This document shows, one piece after another, positions 27,625 to 34,556 of a stretch of DNA of 45,532 nucleotides (positions are counted from its first letter, which is position 1; every line of letters begins with the position of its first letter). A model generated the notes under the pieces. It did no database searches and had not been told where the DNA came from. It worked only from the letters and a program-made list of their open reading frames with translations. A program made the position numbers and the translations under genes. The stretch is taken from assembly GCA_040260805.1 (NCBI GenBank), contig JBDQPD010000014.1, positions 1 to 45,532 on the forward strand, written 5' to 3'. The DNA is from Myxococcota bacterium (GTDB taxonomy: Bacteria; Myxococcota; UBA4151).

Positions 27625-28995
27625 ATGCGCATCTTCTCTATATTTATGCTCTCGATCCTCGTCGGCTGTTCGGGCGGTGATGAACCCAACGCCTCGGACG
27701 CAGGTGCTGTTGCTATCGACTCAGGAGCTCTTGTCGATGCCGGCACGACGGCTACAGATGCCGGCGAGGTCGCTACAGATTCAGGACCTGCAGCTGATAC
27801 CGGCAGTCCAAACGCTGACACTGGCTCACCTTGTGGCAATGGCCAAGCCGATGGCGACGAGGAATGCGATGACGGCAACTCGCAAAGTGGAGATGGCTGC
27901 AGCGAAACATGTGCGATCGAACGCGGCGAAATTGTACTCGCACAAGAGCAACCCGAAGCGGTCATCGAAAACCCGATCCAGATTCGCGGTTTAGGATTTC
28001 GCTTCCAGGTCGAGCTGCGGGTCTGCGTTTTGCAAGATGGTCAGTGTCGCTTTGCGCTCGGCACCCTCGTGAGCGATGCCAGCGGTCTCGTTCAAGCTGA
28101 GAACGGTGAACCGGCAGTCATTCAAGCAGATCAACCTTTAGAAGCGGTCATCGGATTATGCGACGAGGCTTTAGAGACCTGCTCAAACGGATTGAGTCTA
28201 TCCTGGACGCTGCCGCAAGCCGAATGCCAAGCTGACGAGGACTGCGCAGACGCGCAACGCTGCGAAAACAACCAATGCATCGAAGCCGCGCCGCGGTGTG
28301 TCGATGATATCGACTGCCCGCCAGGTCAAAGCTGTAACGATGGGGTGTGCCAAACACCCAACAACGGACGCTGTCAGGACAACTCACAGTGCCCTGATTT
28401 GCATCTTTGCGTCGAAGGGCGGTGCGTTGAGCCCGACCGAAACTGCGGCGCTCATGTGGACTGTCCAATGCATCAAGCGTGCAACTTCAATACCGGTGAG
28501 TGTGAGCTACTCCCTGCCGGTGTGTGCCGAAACAACGACCCCTGCCAGCTGCGATGCGTGATTCCGCAAGGTAGCGAGCTTGGTCGCTGCATCGACTGCG
28601 AGCGCGATGACCAATGCCCACAGGGCGCAGTGTGCAACGGCCAAGGCCAATGCGATGCGCCACGTTGCAACGCTGAAAATTGCCCCGCACCGGGTCGTTG
28701 TGAGAATGATCAATGCGTGGGTGGTGAAGGATGTAATGAGCAAAACTGTCCACCACCTGGCCGTTGCGACAACAATATGTGCGTTCGAGATCAACAGCCC
28801 CAGCTTTGCCAACAACATGCTGACTGCGAACGCACTGAGCAGTGTATTCAACTCGATGGCCAAGGGGCCTGTGTTTCGAGGTGCAATGAAGGCGACCAAG
28901 CCCAGTTCTGCGCCGGCAACGGTGGCGACAACTGCATCTGTAATATGCTGATGATGCGCTGTAATCAGCAATCAGGGCTCTGTGAGCGCCCCTGA
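27625..28995 (+). CDS. Cys-rich lipoprotein with a myxobacterial Cys-rich repeat (DUF4215-like) and tandem small disulfide modules
   Basis: ATG 27625, lipobox LVGC, DAG/DSG linker, CGNGQADGDEECDDGNSQSGDGCSETC, then many CxxDxxCxxxxxCxxxxC units. Confidence 0.85.
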   Translation: MRIFSIFMLSILVGCSGGDEPNASDAGAVAIDSGALVDAGTTATDAGEVATDSGPAADTGSPNADTGSPCGNGQADGDEECDDGNSQSGDGCSETCAIERGEIVLAQEQPEAVIENPIQIRGLGFRFQVELRVCVLQDGQCRFALGTLVSDASGLVQAENGEPAVIQADQPLEAVIGLCDEALETCSNGLSLSWTLPQAECQADEDCADAQRCENNQCIEAAPRCVDDIDCPPGQSCNDGVCQTPNNGRCQDNSQCPDLHLCVEGRCVEPDRNCGAHVDCPMHQACNFNTGECELLPAGVCRNNDPCQLRCVIPQGSELGRCIDCERDDQCPQGAVCNGQGQCDAPRCNAENCPAPGRCENDQCVGGEGCNEQNCPPPGRCDNNMCVRDQQPQLCQQHADCERTEQCIQLDGQGACVSRCNEGDQAQFCAGNGGDNCICNMLMMRCNQQSGLCERP

Positions 28996-29002
28996 AAACG
29001 AG

Positions 29003-29028
29003 AACGAGCGCTCGATTGAGCGCTCGTT
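29003..29028. terminator. Hairpin between the convergent Cys-rich gene and tRNA-Ala
   Basis: Perfect 11-bp inverted repeat AACGAGCGCTC-GATT-GAGCGCTCGTT. Confidence 0.7.
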
Positions 29029-29039
29029 ATCCCGCGAAC

Positions 29040-29115
29040 TGGTGGAGGTGAGGGGAGTCGAACCCCTGACCCCTTGAATGCCATTCAAGTACTCTACCAA
29101 CTGAGCTACACCCCC
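29040..29115 (-). tRNA. tRNA-Ala(GGC)
   Basis: Reverse complement GGGGGTGTAGCTCAGTTGGTAGAGTACTTGAATGGCATTCAAGGGGTCAGGGGTTCGACTCCCCTCACCTCCACCA. Has the G3:U70 identity pair, the A32-U38 pair characteristic of Ala(GGC), and an encoded CCA. Confidence 0.97.
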
Positions 29116-29198
29116 AGCGGCGGGGTCGCTAACTCCAGCAAAAACCGATCGGGGTCAAGGGAGTTTTCGCTTGCCGGCAGAAGGGCTATGGACCGGGT

Positions 29199-30191
29199 AT
29201 GAACTGGCAGCCTCCTAAGCTTGAAGACCTCAGCGACCGACGACTTCGCTATGTTCGAATCTCGGTCACCGACCGCTGTCAGTTTCGTTGCCCATACTGT
29301 CGCCCTGAAGAAGGTGAGGCGCCTTGCGAGCCCCAAAAGGACTACCTCAGCGCCTCCGAGATTGGGCGGGTCGCCAAGGTGCTGACGACCTTGGGTATCC
29401 GCACCGTTCGGTTCACCGGCGGAGAGCCCTTGCTCCGACGTGACCTCCCAGCGATCATCGAATCGGTACGAGGCGCTGGCATTGATGATTTAGCGCTAAC
29501 CACCAACGCCGCCTTGCTGACGACTCGGCGCGCCCAAGCGCTAGCAGACGTGGGCCTCAAACGAATCAACATCAGTCTGGATACGCTCGACCCCGAACGC
29601 TTCAAGTCCCTCAGCGGCGGGGCACCGATCGACCCCGTGCTCGCAGGAATCAAGGCTGCTCAAAGCGTCGGTATGAAGGTTAAGACCAATACGGTCGTGG
29701 TGCGCGGACAAAATGAGCATGAATTAAACGCGATCGCAGACTTTGTTTGGGCGAGCGGTGGGGTACCCCGCTTTATCGAGGTCATGCCCATGGGGGCGGG
29801 TAAAGACTTAGAGATGGTTCCTGCTGAGGAGATCATGAGTCATTTTGAGCTGACCCCCGAGCGCCCTGAAGCGGTCCGTGGCGTAGGCATCGGACCAGCC
29901 GATTATTGGATTCATCAAAAGCGCGCGGATCAAGTGGTCGGCGTGATCGCTGCAACCACTCGCAACTTTTGCGCTTCGTGCAATCGGATTCGGCTCACCG
30001 CAACCGGCTCTGTGCGGCCTTGCCTAGCCTCAGCGACAGGCAGTGAGCTCAGACCGATCTTACGCGACCCAAAGGCTGGTGACCAAGACCTAGTCGATGC
30101 GATCTACGAGGCGCTAGCCATCAAACCAGAGGGTCACCAGTTCAGCGATGGGATTGCCGGTGCGCTGCCGATGATGTCGCTAGGCGGCTGA
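29199..30191 (+). CDS. moaA: GTP 3',8-cyclase (molybdenum cofactor biosynthesis, radical SAM)
   Basis: YVRISVTDRCQFRCPYC, RFTGGEPLLR, NISLDTL, FCASCNRIRLT...PC, and a C-terminal GG. Confidence 0.96.
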   Translation: MNWQPPKLEDLSDRRLRYVRISVTDRCQFRCPYCRPEEGEAPCEPQKDYLSASEIGRVAKVLTTLGIRTVRFTGGEPLLRRDLPAIIESVRGAGIDDLALTTNAALLTTRRAQALADVGLKRINISLDTLDPERFKSLSGGAPIDPVLAGIKAAQSVGMKVKTNTVVVRGQNEHELNAIADFVWASGGVPRFIEVMPMGAGKDLEMVPAEEIMSHFELTPERPEAVRGVGIGPADYWIHQKRADQVVGVIAATTRNFCASCNRIRLTATGSVRPCLASATGSELRPILRDPKAGDQDLVDAIYEALAIKPEGHQFSDGIAGALPMMSLGG

Positions 30192-30807
30192 CGTCACCTC
30201 GCCGAGCCTTGGTTTGCTGGCGAGCGCCACGAACATGGCGCTTGGCTTGCCGAAAACTGACCCAAAGCAGGATCATAATCCCGCCCAAGAACAGCCAATC
30301 AGCGCGCCCTCCTCGACTGACTAAACGTTGATCTGCGCGAGCAGCGTAGCCAGCAAAGGGACCACCAAATCGCTCGTCGCCGCGCCGAGCTAAAGCCGAA
30401 GCCATCGGGATATCATCCGCCGCTAGAGCCGCCATGACACCCACCTCTAAAGCCCAAGCGTTGTCCGGCTCGAGTTCATAAAGTCGCTGCGCTGCACGGC
30501 GTGCTTCATCAAAGCGTGCTCGCTGAAACAAGCCCTCGGTCTGGGCTCGCAGTGCCCAGCTTGAATCGCCACTTGGAAGGGTGCCTGCTGACACCGCATA
30601 GGCGACCTCAATAATCGACTGCGGCGCACGCTCCGCACAGGTCTTGAGCACGGACTTGTCGTCACCTCGCCAGGCAGCGACACAGTAATCCGACCACAAC
30701 CTGGCGTTACCCGGTTCCGCATCAATCGCTAAGGCTGCTGCCCCACGGCGGGCGGACCAATCGCCAGGCTCGGGCTGTAAAGCAGCAAGTAACATCATAA
30801 AAATCAT
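30142..30807 (-). CDS. TPR-like protein with a hydrophobic N-terminus and a C-terminal TM helix
   Basis: EPGNARLW and LYELEPDNAWAL are TPR-like. WLFLGGIMILLWVSF is followed by a basic tail. TAATG overlap with the BMC-T stop. Confidence 0.65.
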   Translation of the reverse strand: MIFMMLLAALQPEPGDWSARRGAAALAIDAEPGNARLWSDYCVAAWRGDDKSVLKTCAERAPQSIIEVAYAVSAGTLPSGDSSWALRAQTEGLFQRARFDEARRAAQRLYELEPDNAWALEVGVMAALAADDIPMASALARRGDERFGGPFAGYAARADQRLVSRGGRADWLFLGGIMILLWVSFRQAKRHVRGARQQTKARRGDVSRLATSSAAHRQSHR

Positions 30808-31409
30808 TAGGACGCTCCTTGCCCGAACGGGTCAGACCAAAACCCTAACGGATCAGGCCGCGGAATCAACTGACACTCACGAAGCCCTGCTCCAGCGGCT
30901 TCGACCACGACCTCTTCAGCCGCTTCTAGATTGGCATGATCGCCTCGCAGAGCAAAGACTCCACGTCCGGCCATACCGCGCCCAAGACGCCAAGAGGTCA
31001 AAAACACGGGGACAGCCTTGAGCGAAGCATCGACCGCTCGAAAGGTGCTGGCCAAGGTTTCGGTCTCGACCATCAAAATCGCATCCTCATGACCTGGTGA
31101 CTTCATCATCTGACCGCCAAGAGCGGCTAACAAGCCAGGGTGGGCATGAGCCAACAACATGGCATCGACGACCCGGTCACCGCCTACCGCGAGAGCGACC
31201 TCAAAGGCTCGGTTGAGCGCCTCAACCTCTCCGTCGAGCACCACCATCTGCCTCGGGCCGCTGTACACCTCGCTCGACACCACACGAACCTGCGCGGATT
31301 TGAGGAGATCGTCGACGAGGCGAGCCCCGCGAACCAAGCCATCGAGTTCGATCGCGGCGAGCGCATCAGCTAGTGGATAAAATCGATCAGCGATCCATCG
31401 CACAGGCAC
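30807..31409 (-). CDS. Tandem-domain BMC shell protein (BMC-T, single-layer type)
   Basis: Two BMC domains: ALAAIELDGLVRG...DDLLKSAQV...GEVEAL and AILMVETETL...DASLKAVPV...GRGVFALRGD...LIPRP. Confidence 0.88.
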   Translation of the reverse strand: MPVRWIADRFYPLADALAAIELDGLVRGARLVDDLLKSAQVRVVSSEVYSGPRQMVVLDGEVEALNRAFEVALAVGGDRVVDAMLLAHAHPGLLAALGGQMMKSPGHEDAILMVETETLASTFRAVDASLKAVPVFLTSWRLGRGMAGRGVFALRGDHANLEAAEEVVVEAAGAGLRECQLIPRPDPLGFWSDPFGQGAS

Positions 31410-31421
31410 AGCGGTCCTTAA

Positions 31422-32825
31422 TCAGACGATGCGGAATCGGTCTTTGAGCGTACAACGACGGATCCGAGAGAAACTCAAAGCCGTGGTCAAACCCTCACCC
31501 GTAGGACTCGCGATGGTAAACGAAGTGTACCCTTCGCCGCCCTCGGCAAGACCTGCATAATTCGGAGCGTTCTTAATGAAGATGCTCGTGTTAATGACCC
31601 TCGCCATCTGATGCAGGTTGTCGAGATTACGACTCCACATCGACGCGGTGTGACCAAAGCCATGCTCACAGCGAAGCGCACCATCAATGGCTGCATCCAC
31701 GTGAGGATAGCGCACCATTCCCAGCACAGGCATCAACAGCTCATGCTGTACAAAGGGGTGATTTTCTTGAACCTCGCACAACAACACACGCGTCGACTGC
31801 GGTACCCGCAAGCCAATCGCATCGGCGATAAAAGCTGCGTCTTTACCGATAAAGCTGCGGTTCACGTGATCATCTGGCGTGATCAATAAGGCTTCGAGCT
31901 TACGCAGGTTCTCGCCCTCGATGAGATGCGCTCCTTGGCGACACATCGACTCGCGCAAGGCGTCGGCGACCGACTCCACCACCAGCACCTCTTTTTCAGC
32001 GATGCACACCACGTTGTTGTCCAGGCTGCAGCCCAAAACAATACCTTTACCCGCAGCGTCGATGTCAGCGGTTTCATCGACCACGCACGGCGGGTTTCCG
32101 GGTCCCGCAGCGATCGCTCTCTTGCCCGAGTTCATCGCCGCTTTGACGACAGCGCCGCCACCGGTCACGACCACCAAACGTGTGCCAGGATGGGTCATCA
32201 AATTATTGGCGGACTCAATCGTTGGCTCTTCGAGACAATTCAGTAAGTTGTTGGGTCCGCCGGCGCCCATGATCGCGTGGTTTAAATCGGCGATAAATCG
32301 AGCGGATAGACGCTTCGCGGCGGGATGCACATTAAAGACCGCCGAGTTGCCCGCAGCGACAAAGCTGATGGCGTTGCATAAAATCGTCTCGGTCGGGTTG
32401 GTGCACGGCGTGATCGCAGCGATCACACCAAAGGGAGCGTACTCCTGCAGCACCAAGCCATCATCACCGGTGCGTACCCACGGCGTCAGGATTTCGGTTC
32501 CCGGCGTCTTGGTCGCCACCAAGCGGTTCTTGACCACTTTATCATCCACGCGCCCAAGGCCCGTCTCTTCGACGGCCTCGGCTGAGAGACGATCGAGTTG
32601 TCCAAGAGCGCAGTCGCGCATCGCTTGGATAATGCGCTCCCGATCCGCCATGGAAATGGCGATCAGCTCTCGCTGAGCTGCGGTCGCAGCTCGCACCGCC
32701 GTGTCTAAGTCAGTAAAGACGCCCGGACGAGCCCCGCTTGCAGCGAGATTAGGTGCCACAGCGGGGGCCTTTGAGACCCTTTGAACCACCTCTGCGACGA
32801 TGCGCTCTAAGGTCTGCTGATCCAA
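31422..32825 (-). CDS. Acylating aldehyde dehydrogenase (EutE/PduP family) with an N-terminal encapsulation peptide
   Basis: PFGVIAAITPCTNP, VTGGGAVV, AGPGNPP, catalytic NNVVCIAEKE, ELLMP and TIASPTGEG. Amphipathic N-terminus MDQQTLERIVAEVVQRVS. TTG start. Confidence 0.95.
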   Translation of the reverse strand: MDQQTLERIVAEVVQRVSKAPAVAPNLAASGARPGVFTDLDTAVRAATAAQRELIAISMADRERIIQAMRDCALGQLDRLSAEAVEETGLGRVDDKVVKNRLVATKTPGTEILTPWVRTGDDGLVLQEYAPFGVIAAITPCTNPTETILCNAISFVAAGNSAVFNVHPAAKRLSARFIADLNHAIMGAGGPNNLLNCLEEPTIESANNLMTHPGTRLVVVTGGGAVVKAAMNSGKRAIAAGPGNPPCVVDETADIDAAGKGIVLGCSLDNNVVCIAEKEVLVVESVADALRESMCRQGAHLIEGENLRKLEALLITPDDHVNRSFIGKDAAFIADAIGLRVPQSTRVLLCEVQENHPFVQHELLMPVLGMVRYPHVDAAIDGALRCEHGFGHTASMWSRNLDNLHQMARVINTSIFIKNAPNYAGLAEGGEGYTSFTIASPTGEGLTTALSFSRIRRCTLKDRFRIV

Positions 32826-32828
32826 AGC

Positions 32829-33122
32829 TTATCCATCCTTCGCATAAACGATGTCGCCATCTTGCTCGACGCTATCGACGATCGCCATGACGACCGCATC
32901 CACAGGCCGGTTGTTGGTGACGACGGTTTGCCGAGCCGAAGAGCCCGAAGCAAACAAGACGGTCTCACCAACTCCTGCCCCCACTGCGTCAGCCGCAACG
33001 ACCGGCGATCCGGCTGGTTTGCCGGCGCCATCGGTGGGTTGAAGCAGCATCAGACGCAGCCCGTCGATGGTCTCCTCTTTGCGAGTCGAGACCACGGTGC
33101 CAATCACGTGAGCGAGTTTCAC
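32829..33122 (-). CDS. BMC vertex pentamer (BMC-P, EutN/CcmL family)
   Basis: [10 protein letters not shown]...[21 protein letters not shown]...[14 protein letters not shown] start overlapping the BMC-H stop. Confidence 0.96.
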   Translation of the reverse strand: MKLAHVIGTVVSTRKEETIDGLRLMLLQPTDGAGKPAGSPVVAADAVGAGVGETVLFASGSSARQTVVTNNRPVDAVVMAIVDSVEQDGDIVYAKDG

Positions 33123-33415
33123 TTCTTCTTAGCGCCTGGGGTGCGACCCAGCGGTAGGGCAGCGTCAACGTTGGCGTGCGGACGCGGGATAATGTGAACG
33201 CTTACGAGTTCTCCCACGCGCTCAGCAGCGCGCGAGCCCGCCTCAGTCGCCGCACGCACTGCGGCGACGTCGCCACGAACGACCGCAGTGACAAAGCCAC
33301 CGCCGATCTTCTCGTAACCAACCAGTTCAACGCGAGCCGCTTTAACCATTGCGTCGGAGGCTTCCACCATCCCTACAAAGCCGCGGGTTTCGATCATGCC
33401 AAGGGCATCAGCCAT
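33119..33415 (-). CDS. BMC hexamer shell protein (BMC-H, EutM/PduA/CcmK family)
   Basis: ALGMIETRG...DAMVKAA...[16 protein letters not shown]...HIIPRPH. GAGGAG RBS. Confidence 0.97.
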   Translation of the reverse strand: MADALGMIETRGFVGMVEASDAMVKAARVELVGYEKIGGGFVTAVVRGDVAAVRAATEAGSRAAERVGELVSVHIIPRPHANVDAALPLGRTPGAKKK

Positions 33416-33463
33416 GCTTTCTTCTCCTCGATGAGTGCCGGCGCATGAGCCGGATCATATCAA

Positions 33464-34084
33464 TTATTTTTCAGCTACACCGGTGACGCTTTCGATCGCT
33501 GAGATCGCAGCCTTTGAGGCCGCATCAATCTCCGCTTCGTCACCTGAAAGATAAAGTCGTCCAAACGCACCATAGGGGCGAACTTCAATCAGTTTCACAT
33601 TCGCCGCTTTCTCCGCCTCGTTCGCAGCAAAGACTGCATAGGCGGCCGGGCGGCACTCAAAAATGAACAAGCTCTCACCTGGAACGATCATCGAGCCAAA
33701 GCGAAACTTATTAATGACCTGCGCCTGATAAGGCGAGACCCCTCGAATCACCTCGTTCGAGACCACAGAGGGCTTGATTCGCTGATCTTCGGTTAAACCT
33801 AAACCATCAAGAATCGCTGAGCCTGCGGCTCGCACTTCGCCGATATCTTCGTGGTGCATTTCCAGGCTGCCGTAAGCGCGCTCCACCACCTGCATCGCAG
33901 GCTGGCATTGAGTCGCTTTCAGTGCCGTATCCGTCACCCGGTTGATCGCCATACCTGGGGCGATTTCAACCCACAACGAGGCGACATGGGGAACCGGCAA
34001 AAACGCTCGGCTCGTCGTGGCAACATAAGCGGCAAGCTGCGGCTGCAGATTATCGAGCAAGCAATAGGTACGAAGGGTGGTCAA
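33464..34084 (-). CDS. Circularly permuted tandem BMC shell protein (BMC-Tdp, CcmP/CsoS1D-like)
   Basis: [42 protein letters not shown] and [10 protein letters not shown]. Likely TTG start at 34084 with GGAG upstream; the ORF track gives 34096. Confidence 0.93.
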   Translation of the reverse strand: MTTLRTYCLLDNLQPQLAAYVATTSRAFLPVPHVASLWVEIAPGMAINRVTDTALKATQCQPAMQVVERAYGSLEMHHEDIGEVRAAGSAILDGLGLTEDQRIKPSVVSNEVIRGVSPYQAQVINKFRFGSMIVPGESLFIFECRPAAYAVFAANEAEKAANVKLIEVRPYGAFGRLYLSGDEAEIDAASKAAISAIESVTGVAEK

Positions 34085-34223
34085 AAGGCGCTCCAACGTC
34101 GGCGGGTTTTCAGTACCGTCTAGTAGCCCTTAGCTTGAAAATGACAAAGCTCCTAGAGCGCGTAAAACTTGTCATACAAGCGCGCAAAGTGTTGGGCTTT
34201 GATCATTCACGAGGAACCGCCCC

Positions 34224-34556
34224 ATGGAGACCGAGCGCGAGCGCATAGCCAAGCAGTTTGATGCCTTGGTTGCTCAGCTACCCAAGCCAAAGAAAAAGAG
34301 CGCAGCGCGCGCCCTGCCTTGGTTGGTGGGCTTGGCCATGGGCTTAGCAGCCATGGTGGCGATGACCACTACGGTTCGAGACTCAGGCGCCAGTCAACCG
34401 GCCGTTCAGTTTCCGCTCGCCGTGTGCGGCAACGGCGTGATTGAACCAAGCGAAGACTGCGAGCTCAATCAGCCCGACTGCCCACCCGACTGCGTCCGGC
34501 GCGCCGAATCAGTTGATTCGACGACGCCGACGCAAAGCGGGAAGCGCAAAGAGTAA
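34224..34556 (+). CDS. Small membrane protein with a myxobacterial Cys-rich motif
   Basis: GAGGA RBS, a single TM helix, then VCGNGVIEPSEDC...CPPDC. Confidence 0.65.
   Translation: METERERIAKQFDALVAQLPKPKKKSAARALPWLVGLAMGLAAMVAMTTTVRDSGASQPAVQFPLAVCGNGVIEPSEDCELNQPDCPPDCVRRAESVDSTTPTQSGKRKE

Noticed and set aside
27418..29115. tRNA-integrated mobile element
   Set aside because: No integrase, no att-like duplication of either tRNA 3' end, and no mobile genes.
29199..30191. moaA as the BMC's radical SAM or signature enzyme
   Set aside because: It is a canonical MoaA on the opposite strand with no encapsulation peptide; the adjacency looks incidental.
31879..32676. 265-aa ORF antisense to the aldehyde dehydrogenase
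   Set aside because: Antisense shadow lying entirely inside a highly conserved gene.
30807..33122. BMC-P, dehydrogenase and BMC-T lie in one reading frame separated by single stop codons (possible read-through fusion)
   Set aside because: Each downstream gene has its own RBS-like sequence and start, no recoding signal was seen, and frame coincidence is likely by chance.
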